64,000 nucleotides of DNA from Candidatus Babeliales bacterium (GTDB lineage: Bacteria > Babelota > Babeliae > Babelales > JANWKD01): positions 192,001-256,000 of the forward strand of contig OY969622.1 in the NCBI GenBank assembly GCA_963701665.1, written 5' to 3'. This document shows, piece by piece, positions 1 through 9,172 of this stretch; the first letter of the stretch is position 1, and each line of letters begins with the position of its first letter. The notes beneath the pieces were generated by a model, which was not told the DNA's origin, made no database searches, and saw only the letters and a list, made by a program, of their open reading frames with translations. The position numbers were made by a program, and so were the translations under genes.

Positions 1-357
1 GGTAAACATGGAAAACCTTTTTATCCTGAAGGGTTGTATTATTCACTCAAACAAGTTGCTCAATTAGGGATTCCTATCTTAGTTACAGAAAACGGGTGCG
101 CCACCGATGATCCTGCTCTGCGGGAAGAGTATATAAAAAAACATTTGTATGTTATCGATCGATGTCGACGCGAGGGCATGGATATTCGAGGGTATTTTTT
201 CTGGACGCTTATGGATTGTTTTGGCTTTAATAGTGGCCAACATCGCAAACATGGCATTTACGAAGTAAATTTTGAAACACAAGAAAGAACACTACGGCCT
301 AGTTCTCAATATTTGCTTGATGTTATACAACGGCACAACGTGCTTTATAAAAAATAA
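1..357 (+). CDS. Glycoside hydrolase family 1 (beta-glucosidase-like), C-terminal part, truncated by window start
   Basis: I-x-V-TENG nucleophile motif and GYFFWTLMD motif typical of GH1. Confidence 0.85.
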   Translation, partial: GKHGKPFYPEGLYYSLKQVAQLGIPILVTENGCATDDPALREEYIKKHLYVIDRCRREGMDIRGYFFWTLMDCFGFNSGQHRKHGIYEVNFETQERTLRPSSQYLLDVIQRHNVLYKK

Positions 358-360
358 AAA

Positions 361-390
361 AAGCCCCAGGAATTTTTTCCTGGGGCTTTT
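361..390. terminator. Bidirectional intrinsic terminator
   Basis: AAGCCCCAGG-loop-CCTGGGGCTT hairpin flanked by A/T runs between convergent genes. Confidence 0.85.
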
Positions 391-409
391 AACAATTAAA
401 GTTCAAAAA

Positions 410-1243
410 TTATAATGCTTTGAGGTATGCAATTCGTTGATCCATGGTTGGATGAGTACCGTACAATTCGCCTAATTTTGTGAAAGGCATCCAGAGCAGT
501 TTACTTATCTTTGCTATGAATCGTTTAACAAAAAAACGAGAATCTGGATCTTCGGTGTGATCTTTAAAATTGACAAACAAATCGATTATGCCCTGCTTAT
601 CTTTCATCGTTTTCGCAGCTTGAACATCCGCCTCTTTTTCGCAGAACTGTGAAAATTGAGCATTAGCAAGTACAAAGCCACCAATGGCAGCGATATAACT
701 TGCAAATGCAGCTACTTTTCTATTATCCGCAGGATTATCCATGACGTTCGAAGACCAATTACAAATTGGTAATGTCAGTGCAACGGTGAGGAGGAAAAAG
801 AGAACTTTTTTGGGAACATGATTACATTTGATATGCATAAGTTCGTGGCGAACGAGACCTTGTTTTTCTCCATCTGATAAAGATCCAAGCCATTCTTCGC
901 TTATAAAGAGCCAAGCGTGTGATTTGCCACCAAAAATAGATGGCACAACAAAGGCATTCATACGTCCCATAGCGTGTTGTGCCATGTTACTCATGCCGCG
1001 CATTTCAATACAATAATCATCCATGCCTAATTCATGTATGATGGCATTAATGTACGTTTGCGTACTTTCTTTCAGGGCGTGAAATCCATACGATTCCCAT
1101 CCCAAAAAATCGTAAACTTCTCTCATGGAGTCTTCATAATCCGTCAATGGTTTGCTTGGAACGGCTTCAGGGCGATTGGGATTTTTAGCAGCATGGGTTA
1201 GTGAAAAAAGGCAAAGGCCAATAATAAGAAAAATTTTTTTCAT
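410..1243 (-). CDS. M48-family zinc metallopeptidase
   Basis: Signal peptide, HELMH (HExxH), E-x-x-AD, C-terminal THP..RI motif, two TM helices. Confidence 0.85.
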   Translation of the reverse strand: MKKIFLIIGLCLFSLTHAAKNPNRPEAVPSKPLTDYEDSMREVYDFLGWESYGFHALKESTQTYINAIIHELGMDDYCIEMRGMSNMAQHAMGRMNAFVVPSIFGGKSHAWLFISEEWLGSLSDGEKQGLVRHELMHIKCNHVPKKVLFFLLTVALTLPICNWSSNVMDNPADNRKVAAFASYIAAIGGFVLANAQFSQFCEKEADVQAAKTMKDKQGIIDLFVNFKDHTEDPDSRFFVKRFIAKISKLLWMPFTKLGELYGTHPTMDQRIAYLKAL

Positions 1244-1345
1244 GAAAAACTCCTGTTAGAAATTTGATGGTAATTTCTTCTATGGTACCAGAAATTATAA
1301 AAGAGTAAACAGGAGAAAATGGTATTTTTTTATTTGACCAGGAAT

Positions 1346-1546
1346 TTATAGCCTTGACGCCCACCAGAGTAAAAGGGCAGTTATTACGGCATTAATAATA
1401 ATAGCCCAAAAGTTTAGTTGTTGGGTCCACGTTATGGAGAACAATTTTATAGGCAGTATATGCAAGTAGCCAATTAAAATGTGACTTATGGTATGAAATG
1501 CTTCAGCACCAGCGAAAAAAATAACAAGCTCTTTTGTGGTAAACAT
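1346..1546 (-). CDS. Small membrane protein
   Basis: 66 aa, hydrophobic segments, AAGGAG RBS upstream. Confidence 0.65.
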   Translation of the reverse strand: MFTTKELVIFFAGAEAFHTISHILIGYLHILPIKLFSITWTQQLNFWAIIINAVITALLLWWASRL

Positions 1547-1563
1547 TACGCTACTCCTTTAAT

Positions 1564-1597
1564 AAAAAAGGCGGGTTCTTTTTTTGAAGTCCGCCTT
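1564..1597 (-). terminator. Intrinsic terminator
   Basis: GGCGGAC...CCCGCC hairpin followed by T6 on the minus strand. Confidence 0.6.
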
Positions 1598-1614
1598 CTA
1601 GTTTTGAAAAAAAG

Positions 1615-1821
1615 TTATTTTTTCTTTTTTCTGAGCATTGGCAAACCAGTACGTTGGTTTTCCATTACTTCATATCCGGCAGGCAATGCATCAAGTGAAC
1701 CTTTGCCAGCTTCGCCAGCAAAATAATATATTTTTTGTAAGCGACCGCCGGCCAATTTAACTTCTTTGGTATGCAAATGATACATCTTGCCACTTTTTTT
1801 AGATTTAACGCTATAAGCCAT
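1615..1821 (-). CDS. Small basic hypothetical protein
   Basis: 68 aa, GAGGAG RBS, followed by terminator. Confidence 0.75.
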   Translation of the reverse strand: MAYSVKSKKSGKMYHLHTKEVKLAGGRLQKIYYFAGEAGKGSLDALPAGYEVMENQRTGLPMLRKKKK

Positions 1822-2038
1822 GTTCGTTTATAACTCCTCTGCTATGAACTGGTATATGGTTTTTGATGAGTATATCATAAAAAAGAAATTAATAGATTGC
1901 TTCAGAAAAAGCTAGATATTGAATAAAAAAAATTGCTTTATAAGTTTTCTTTCTTACAAAAATTGGTTTTAAAACTTGAGTTAATGCTTTATCAGACCGT
2001 ATACTAGTGACCACATTATTTTTAGCAAGGAGTATGCA

Positions 2039-2248
2039 GTGAATAGTGATATGTTAGGTCTTTTATGTATTATCATTGGGGTTGCATTATTGGTTGTTGG
2101 ATCTCCGTTTTTATGGCACATACTCATTGTGCTTTTGGCGCTATGGCTTATCCATTATGGTATGGTATTGCGTGGAGGTCCGGGGCTTGTAGTGTGGGTT
2201 GCGCGTGCTACTGATGAAATTAAATCTTTATTCAAGTCTAGAAAATGA
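2039..2248 (+). CDS. Small membrane protein
   Basis: AAGGAG RBS, hydrophobic helices. Confidence 0.65.
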   Translation: MNSDMLGLLCIIIGVALLVVGSPFLWHILIVLLALWLIHYGMVLRGGPGLVVWVARATDEIKSLFKSRK

Positions 2249-2283
2249 GGTATAGTAAACGGGTAATGATATCTTTTCTATAA

Positions 2284-3039
2284 TTGAAAGTTGCTACACA
2301 TATGGCTAATAATAAATTTTCAGTGACGGCTGCAGTAAAATATGGCCTCTATACGGCAGTTGAAAAAATTCTATTTTTTCTTGGTGTTGATCTTTTACTT
2401 TTTGCTTTGTTTGTAGCTAGTGCGCTGCTGTTTTTTTTCATTTTCATAGGTTTTTTGGCCGAAACATCTTCTTTGACAATACTTACACAGCTTAGTATTT
2501 CTCCTTCTGCTCAACAAGAAATTATTAATAGGTTAAGAGATATTTTTAATCAGGTTGCCTTGGGGCCTGTTCTTTTAATGGCATGTTTGGTGCTCAGTGG
2601 TGCGCTTACTTCCTTTATATCTGATTACCTGCTCCTCGGTTTTGTGCGTGTTACCCTCGATATTCATGACCATAAGGTAGGTAGTTTCAAGCGCTTATTT
2701 TGTTCAATAGGTATGGGTTTTAAGGCGTTTGTTACGTCAATCTTATATCATTTTCTTATTGGGCTTGGTACTCTTTGCTTAATTGTACCAGGTATTATTA
2801 TTGGTGTTCGTTGTAGTTTGTATAGACAACTTATCGTTGATGAAGATGCCGGCATTATCGAATCGTTAAAAGAAAGCGCACGCATCACAAAAGGCTCATT
2901 TTTTAAACTTTTTGGTATTGGCGTTATTTTTTGGTTGCTTAATTGTTTAATGGTTTTTACGTTTGGGCTTATAGCACTTATTACGTATCCAGCATTTTAT
3001 CTCACCCAAGCGTACGTGTATCGTAAGCTTCTTGATTAA
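2284..3039 (+). CDS. Integral membrane protein (DUF975-like)
   Basis: Multiple TM helices, 'LIVPGII...IIESLKESARITKG' pattern. Confidence 0.65.
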   Translation: MKVATHMANNKFSVTAAVKYGLYTAVEKILFFLGVDLLLFALFVASALLFFFIFIGFLAETSSLTILTQLSISPSAQQEIINRLRDIFNQVALGPVLLMACLVLSGALTSFISDYLLLGFVRVTLDIHDHKVGSFKRLFCSIGMGFKAFVTSILYHFLIGLGTLCLIVPGIIIGVRCSLYRQLIVDEDAGIIESLKESARITKGSFFKLFGIGVIFWLLNCLMVFTFGLIALITYPAFYLTQAYVYRKLLD

Positions 3040-3044
3040 GTAGT

Positions 3045-4901
3045 TCACATTCGTCGTTTGAACTTCTTTTCTATGTCAGTCAATGGCAAAAACCACGTTG
3101 TTGGCCTGCCGTGAGGGCAACTAAACGCGCGTTCACAGCGATGAAAATCATTGAGAAGTTTTTGAACGAGTGGCTCAGATAATGCATCGCCAGCTTTGAC
3201 GGCGGCTTTGCATGCCATCGTTGCTCTCACTTTATGCGTCAAACTTTCTAGATGTGAAGTTGAATCATTCATCGATTCTTCTTTCATTATTTCAAGAACA
3301 TCTTTGAAAAAATTACGCCATGAAACCATTTTGAGCGGAATTGGCGTTGCCTGCACAATGAGCTGCGTGTCGCCAAAAGGTTCAACACGAATGCCATGGT
3401 TCTCAAATAGTGGTAGATGGGCAATAAGTAGTTTGAAATCTTCTAACAAAAAAGAAATAACTTCAGGAAAAAGTAACTGCGTTGATTCATGTTCGTGCGC
3501 GTGTTGTGAAAGTTGCTCATATAAGATTCGCTCGTGCGCAGCATGTTGATCGACCATTAAAATACCATCTGCTTGCGCAATCATGATATAGGTGTTATGA
3601 AAAATGCCAATAACATCGTACGTTATTGATTCCTGTTGCGTCTCGGTAGATGCAGGCGAACTGAGCGGCATCTGCTTTTCGATTATTTTAGGCGCGCGTT
3701 CTTGCGCGCGCGCGTTTTGCGTTTCAAATTCACGCTGTGCGATGTGCGCACTCGAGGGCAATTCAAACGAGGGCGCATCTTGTTTTAGTGTTGGGAATGC
3801 GCGCGGTTCTTGATGCGAACGTAGTGCTAATTGGGGCGGCAGTGATGCGCGTGCAGGTAAAACTGATGTATCAAGCGATTTGGTTAAGGTAGTTTCTAAT
3901 GTTTTTTGTACCGCATTAACTATTGCTTTTTCAATACGTGTCGGATGAATAAAAGCGACCTCTTCTTTGCGCGGGTGAATATTAATATCAACCTCATCTG
4001 ATGGCACTTCAAGAAAGAGAAAAGCAACGGGAAACCTTCCTTGTTGCAAGGTGGGCGCATATCCTTTCAGCAATGCTTGTGCAATCTGATAATTTTTTAC
4101 CCAACGTTTATTGACAAAAAAGAACATATGATTGCGATTATAGCGCGTGAGTTGTTGATTTGAAATAAGTCCCGTTATTTTGGCTTCCTCAGAGTTATTT
4201 TCTGCTAATGTAACTAAATGATGTGCAAGCGTGTGATCCCAAATTTGTGCAACGCGGCTGCTGAGCATTGCTGTTTTTGGGCAGTTAAGAATGAGCGCGT
4301 GTTGGGTATGTAATTGAAAATGAACGTGCGTGTGCGTCAGTGCAAATGCGTGCATGAGTGTCGTGATCGCGCGCATTTCTGTTTCATCTTTTTTTAAAAA
4401 CTTTTTGCGTACGGGAACATTATAAAATAACGAGTGTATTGAAATATCAGTGCCGCGCGTACATGCTGTTGTTTTTTTTGTAAAACCGTCCTGCGCATTA
4501 CCGGTGAGACAAATACCTTGCGCGTCTTGCTCTTGTTTTGTAAGCAACGTGATGGTACTTACGGCCGCAATGCTTGCGAGTGCTTCACCGCGAAACCCGT
4601 AGGTATTCAACTGTGCAACGTCATCAAAACAACGAATTTTGCTGGTAGCATGATGTTCAAAACATTTGAGCGCATCATCTTGCGACATACCGTGACCGTT
4701 ATCAACAACTTGTATGAGGGTTTGTCCTGCATCATGAATGGTAACGCTAATACTTGTAGCGTTGGCATCGAGCGCATTTTCAACGAGTTCTTTTACGACA
4801 TTTGCCGGCCGATCTACAACTTGGCCAGCGGCAATTTTGCGTGCTTCATGTGGTGGTAAGGTAATAATTTTTTGCATAACAATAGGTGATTGATGTACCA
4901 C
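3045..4901 (-). CDS. mutL: DNA mismatch repair endonuclease MutL
   Basis: GHKL ATPase (KELVENALDA, GFRGEAL), DQHAAHER endonuclease motif, ACK and CPHGRP. Confidence 0.97.
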   Translation of the reverse strand: MVHQSPIVMQKIITLPPHEARKIAAGQVVDRPANVVKELVENALDANATSISVTIHDAGQTLIQVVDNGHGMSQDDALKCFEHHATSKIRCFDDVAQLNTYGFRGEALASIAAVSTITLLTKQEQDAQGICLTGNAQDGFTKKTTACTRGTDISIHSLFYNVPVRKKFLKKDETEMRAITTLMHAFALTHTHVHFQLHTQHALILNCPKTAMLSSRVAQIWDHTLAHHLVTLAENNSEEAKITGLISNQQLTRYNRNHMFFFVNKRWVKNYQIAQALLKGYAPTLQQGRFPVAFLFLEVPSDEVDINIHPRKEEVAFIHPTRIEKAIVNAVQKTLETTLTKSLDTSVLPARASLPPQLALRSHQEPRAFPTLKQDAPSFELPSSAHIAQREFETQNARAQERAPKIIEKQMPLSSPASTETQQESITYDVIGIFHNTYIMIAQADGILMVDQHAAHERILYEQLSQHAHEHESTQLLFPEVISFLLEDFKLLIAHLPLFENHGIRVEPFGDTQLIVQATPIPLKMVSWRNFFKDVLEIMKEESMNDSTSHLESLTHKVRATMACKAAVKAGDALSEPLVQKLLNDFHRCERAFSCPHGRPTTWFLPLTDIEKKFKRRM

Positions 4902-4913
4902 ATGGGTGGTTTT

Positions 4914-5156
4914 TTATGATTGTACTAATGTTATTTCGTCTGCTTCATTGCGTGTTGTTTCATCGTCAGAAGGAAGTTCATCTTCTTGGTAGTTTAGCAC
5001 AGATCTGAAAAAAGAATGTTTTCTTTTTTCAGGTTGTTCTTTAGGCGGGCCTTTACTTTCAAGTGAACTGCCTGGGAGTGCCCAGAGAAGGGTGAAAAAG
5101 AGTATTTTTTTATTCATAGATATCCTTATATATATAAGGATAGCAAAAATGAACAT
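4914..5156 (-). CDS. Short hypothetical exported protein (possibly a remnant)
   Basis: MNKKILFF signal-like start, acidic tail, 80 aa. Confidence 0.4.
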   Translation of the reverse strand: MFIFAILIYIRISMNKKILFFTLLWALPGSSLESKGPPKEQPEKRKHSFFRSVLNYQEDELPSDDETTRNEADEITLVQS

Positions 5157-5170
5157 TCAAGTTCAATAGT

Positions 5171-6154
5171 TTACTTTAAGTGGAAGGTCCATGCAATATT
5201 AGCAGCTAGAAAATAACTGGTCTTATTTTGTATGCCATTCAGTTTTTGAAAAAAAGGTGCTCCAACGCCAAGTTGCAGAATGAGGTGATTTGATGAAATC
5301 CATAATGAAGGTGCAATAAAGACAGTATTGCCGCCACTGTTTGGGTTAACCTGATTGCTAATCACATCTTTCCAGCTACGAATCCCAAAGACTTCAATAA
5401 GCCAGGCAAATAGCCACTTTTTTTCATCGAGGGTGCCAATGACTCCTTCAACGCCGCATTGATACAGAAATGAGCTGCCAAAACGCGCACCATTTTTTTT
5501 TGTAGTTTTTTGCCCACCAAATGATGTGAATACATACAAAAATTGTGCTTGATACATTGCTGTTGTACCAACGAAAAAGGCTGGAGATCCATTCCCCGTC
5601 GGCGGATTTTTTTTAGCTGATCCCGTGGGAAAAAAAATGGCGCCAACAAGAGTACATTGGCATTCAGTGGTGAGAGTTTTTTTATCAAAATAAGCATACT
5701 CAACTTGTAAAAACATATCCTCAAAGCCGGATGATTTTGCAATAGATGGTGTTGATGTAGTATTTTTAAAAAAACGTGACTTAGTGGTACTTTCATTAGA
5801 GATTTCCGTTTTATTTATGGCAACAGGAAAGGCTAAAAAGACTGATAAATAGTCGGTAAAGGCATAAATCGGATAAATAAGCAGTTCACTAAAATGAAAA
5901 TTATGACCTCCTAATTTATTTGGCGATACAAAAGTTTGTAAATCTTTTGCATCAAGAATGTTTTGTCCAAAACCAAAAAGAGGACCAATCTGTTGCGAGG
6001 TTGGTACAATAAAATTACCAATTTCAAGTGGTTCAACTTTGTCCTCTTTTTCCGGTTTTTCATCCCGTTCTTCAACAGCGACTACTTTCGGGTATATTGC
6101 AGGAGTATAGATAACTATGAAAAGAAAAAGTAAAAATAAACGAATGTGCTTCAA
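5171..6154 (-). CDS. Putative outer-membrane beta-barrel protein
   Basis: Signal peptide, alternating aromatic beta-strand pattern, near-terminal AWTF. Confidence 0.6.
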   Translation of the reverse strand: MKHIRLFLLFLFIVIYTPAIYPKVVAVEERDEKPEKEDKVEPLEIGNFIVPTSQQIGPLFGFGQNILDAKDLQTFVSPNKLGGHNFHFSELLIYPIYAFTDYLSVFLAFPVAINKTEISNESTTKSRFFKNTTSTPSIAKSSGFEDMFLQVEYAYFDKKTLTTECQCTLVGAIFFPTGSAKKNPPTGNGSPAFFVGTTAMYQAQFLYVFTSFGGQKTTKKNGARFGSSFLYQCGVEGVIGTLDEKKWLFAWLIEVFGIRSWKDVISNQVNPNSGGNTVFIAPSLWISSNHLILQLGVGAPFFQKLNGIQNKTSYFLAANIAWTFHLK

Positions 6155-6316
6155 ACGTTTCTCACCTTGTTAGAGTTGTTTAGATTAATGTACTAAAAAA
6201 GAATGGTTTTTTTAAGAGCTTATTTGAAAATTACAACAATATTAACTTGTAAAATTAACATTTTAAACAGAGGTGTCATCCTGAGTGATTGTGTTAAAAG
6301 TCAAATATTTTTATAG

Positions 6317-7258
6317 TCAAGCTCTACATAACTCGCCCCTTTTTAATAGAGCATTGGCAATTATAATGAGCTTATGCATAATAGCAACGATAGCTACTTT
6401 AAAAGGTTTTTTAGCATCCATTAATCGCTGGTAAAATTCCCTTAAAGGAAGATGGTGCTTTACCGTGGTCAATGCACACATATAAAGTGCTTTACGAGGA
6501 ATATGCCTGCCATGCTTAATAAATTTTTTGCCTTTGTAATTGCCGCTTTCATTGTCATAAGGACAGACACCAATTAGAGCGGATATTTTTTTGTCGCTTA
6601 ACTGCCCAAGCTCAGGGACAAAAGAAAGTAATGTTGCAGCTGTAGCTTTACCGATTCCTGGGATTGATTCCAAAATGTTTGATTTTGTATGTAACTCTTC
6701 ATCATCTTTGACTAAATCCTGTATTCGAGACTCAATTGATTTAATTTCACTTTCTAAGAGTGCAATAAATCTTTTTATATCAGGAACATATAATACGTGA
6801 GAAGGATGTTTAAGTCGTGTTTTCTCAGCAGCTAAAAATTTTACTAAATCATTTTTACGGTTAACTAGAGCTTGTAGTTTATGCTGATTCTCACTTTTGT
6901 TAACAATCTCGTAACTAGGAGAATTTTTAGAAGCGAATTCAGCAATTTTTTTAGCATCAATTTTATCGGTTTTACTTTTACAGCCAGTAGCTATAATAAA
7001 AGCTTTTATCCTTCGTGGATCAACGATCCAAAGTGAATATCGGTTCTTTTTGAGTAATTGGGCAAGTAATTGTTCATAGCCACCTGTTGCTTCACAGGCA
7101 ATTTGTGTAACTTGATAGTGAGCTAATTCCTTGATTATGTTCTGTATGCCAACTTCTGAGTTAGCTACTTTAAAGAATTTTCCTATAGGATACACATAAA
7201 TATCGAGATTATTTTTTGAAATATCGACACCTACATATACTTCTGCTATGTTTTTCAT
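6317..7258 (-). CDS. IS110-family DEDD recombinase/transposase
   Basis: GVDISK, EATG, KTDKIDA RuvC-like residues; SIPGIG; catalytic SG in ESG. Confidence 0.95.
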   Translation of the reverse strand: MKNIAEVYVGVDISKNNLDIYVYPIGKFFKVANSEVGIQNIIKELAHYQVTQIACEATGGYEQLLAQLLKKNRYSLWIVDPRRIKAFIIATGCKSKTDKIDAKKIAEFASKNSPSYEIVNKSENQHKLQALVNRKNDLVKFLAAEKTRLKHPSHVLYVPDIKRFIALLESEIKSIESRIQDLVKDDEELHTKSNILESIPGIGKATAATLLSFVPELGQLSDKKISALIGVCPYDNESGNYKGKKFIKHGRHIPRKALYMCALTTVKHHLPLREFYQRLMDAKKPFKVAIVAIMHKLIIIANALLKRGELCRA

Positions 7259-7261
7259 AAA

Positions 7262-7470
7262 TACCTCAGCCTTGTAAACATACGAGATCGTATACCTAAT
7301 ACGTCTCTAGTGATTGTTCGAGGTAATTTTGTGTAAGCTGATAGTCTCAAACTCAGGAACGGTTCTTCTAAACCAGGAGCGTGACGAGATCTATCAGCTT
7401 TTCTCAAACAACCGATATTAAACAATATTTCATTCTTAAATTATCACAATTTACTCTTAAATGCTTTTTG
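7262..7470 (-). ncRNA. IS110 bridge RNA with target-binding and donor-binding loops
   Basis: Stem AAGCTGATAG/CTATCAGCTT encloses ACGCTCCT and CCTGAG (match the target); stem TACCTC/GAGGTA encloses ACAATCACT and TACAAG (match the donor); ends approximate. Confidence 0.85.
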
Positions 7471-7642
7471 TTTTAACATACAAGGAGCATAGCGACGTAG
7501 GGATCCAGTCTTTAAAATGAAAAACCTTATCAGACTGGATTCCTACGACAACTTCGTTGTCTCAGAATGACGTCTTTTCTCTAGGCATATTTTTCTCGTG
7601 TGTTGAATGTTTATTGAATTTTAGGAATAGATCTAAGCAAAA

Positions 7643-8188
7643 TTAAGAGTTTCTTTGCAAGAAAAAATGAACGCATACTTGACCAGATGCCATGGTAACT
7701 GGATGCATGCTCGTAAGATGCAAAGAAGCAGTCGATGTATGTTTTTGTAGCTCTTGTAAAAAATGTGTTAAGGAAGAAAATGATAATGCTTGTCCATGAA
7801 GTTCGCCTATCGTTTCATGGGCGTATTCAAAATTAGTTATGCAGATGTCCGCTGGCAACGTTCGTATAAGCTTATCAAAATCTGTTAAGAAAACTGCTTT
7901 TTTAGCAGTGAGCGCCGTAAGGTCATGTATTTTATGTTCAAGTTCAGCGCATCTTTTTTCATGTTCAATGAGTGTATGATCATCGATCATCGTGCACACA
8001 GGATGTAAGACGATATACTGATTTTTGAGCAAGCTCATCTGCCAATACCAATATGCGGTATAAGCTCCTAACGCAGTTATGAGACAACCAGTAAGTATTA
8101 AAGAATAGGTATACCATCTCATGCACGCGTTAAATTCATGTGGCTGCATTGGATTAATGAGGGTGGCTGCGTTACTGCGAATTTTCAT
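7643..8188 (-). CDS. PilN-like type IV pilus/T2SS assembly protein
   Basis: Single TM, coiled coil, 'LP.DICIT....L.GQA....L..F...L' PilN pattern, downstream of PilM-like gene. Confidence 0.6.
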   Translation of the reverse strand: MKIRSNAATLINPMQPHEFNACMRWYTYSLILTGCLITALGAYTAYWYWQMSLLKNQYIVLHPVCTMIDDHTLIEHEKRCAELEHKIHDLTALTAKKAVFLTDFDKLIRTLPADICITNFEYAHETIGELHGQALSFSSLTHFLQELQKHTSTASLHLTSMHPVTMASGQVCVHFFLQRNS

Positions 8189-8849
8189 AACTATGTTTTC
8201 CTAGTAAAAAAAGACCGACATGTCCTGCATTTATTTCTTTTTTCTCATGATTCAAAAGATGTATGCCCGATTGATGGGTTAGATACTGTTCAAGCGCGTG
8301 ACTTCGATAGGTGTTTAATGAAGATAACGCCGTTGGCCATTCTTGTGTAGCACTATTGAGTGCGGTGATGGCACCATTGATTGAACTTACCAAACAACAG
8401 GAAAATGATGTTTGCAGGGCGAGTAATTGATACTGCATCAAATGCTCTCGTCTCATGCCAAAAAGATACACGTGCGCGTGCTCATGCGCGTGTGTTGGCA
8501 TAACGATCGCGTTCCATACCAATGATGATGGTAAATACTGTGCACCATCAAAAGAAGCGAGTGCATCGCGCCCAATAGGAACTATACGTTCGTGCACAGC
8601 TGCGCCCTCAATGCCGATTGCAACATAGCATGAGCCTGCTGCGTGGTGGGTTAAAAATGATGCAATATATTTTTTTAGTGCAGAACTATTAAAAATAATT
8701 CCTTGGTGAAACTCGGAACGTGCGAGTACTACGGTTTTACATACTTTTTGATAGGCTGATACGCCAAATTCAAACATGCTCATGCTGAGTATTGTATCGC
8801 TGAGCAGAAGCGTGATTAATTTTTTAGGTTTTGAAAACAGATGCCACAC
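8172..8849 (-). CDS. Divergent PilM-like protein
   Basis: 'GIIFN..AL...I' and trailing 'VGL' resemblance; overlaps pilN-like gene. Confidence 0.4.
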   Translation of the reverse strand: MWHLFSKPKKLITLLLSDTILSMSMFEFGVSAYQKVCKTVVLARSEFHQGIIFNSSALKKYIASFLTHHAAGSCYVAIGIEGAAVHERIVPIGRDALASFDGAQYLPSSLVWNAIVMPTHAHEHAHVYLFGMRREHLMQYQLLALQTSFSCCLVSSINGAITALNSATQEWPTALSSLNTYRSHALEQYLTHQSGIHLLNHEKKEINAGHVGLFLLGKHSYENSQ

Positions 8850-8893
8850 ACACTAACCTTATTTTATTTTTTGGTATTACCGTCAGCCAAAAA

Positions 8894-9059
8894 TGTCTTC
8901 CCGAGGCTTTAGCCCTTCTTCGCTGAAGCTTCGCAGGGTTCAGAACCGTGGGGACCTGTTCTTCGAAGTTTTAACGAAGGAGAATCCAAACTTTAATAAC
9001 TTCCTTAAAAATGAATTGATTTTATAAGCTGGGTTGCCACGCATTCGCTCGCAATGACA
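8894..9059. repeat. REP-like repeat copy B with two nested palindromic insertions
   Basis: Reverse complement aligns with copies C and D apart from two ~27-30 bp inserts. Confidence 0.8.
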
Positions 9060-9172
9060 ATTCTCGTTTCAATATGCATTTCCTTTGGCAAAGTTACCAT
9101 CAAATTCGCGCTTTTATTACTATTATTACTGTAAGCACATTCAAAGCTTGGTTGCAAGAGAATATACAGCTG

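Larger units (their letters stand above)
6286..7484 (-). mobile_element. IS110-family insertion sequence inserted in a REP-like repeat, AG/CT core at both ends
   Basis: Removing 6286-7484 restores TGTCATCCTGAG|GAGCATAGCGACGTAGGGATCCAG, colinear with the intact repeat copy at 25705-25803 (reverse complement). Confidence 0.92.
6274..7571. repeat. REP/REPIN-like palindromic repeat copy A (interrupted by IS110)
   Basis: TGTCAT...GATCCAG-spacer-CTGGATT...AATGAC; closely similar to copy E. Confidence 0.85.

Noticed and set aside
6216..7638. IS5-like TIRs around REP copy A
   Set aside because: Left end matches the IS5 TIR at 14/17, but the right end matches the left at only about 11/17; too weak in AT-rich DNA
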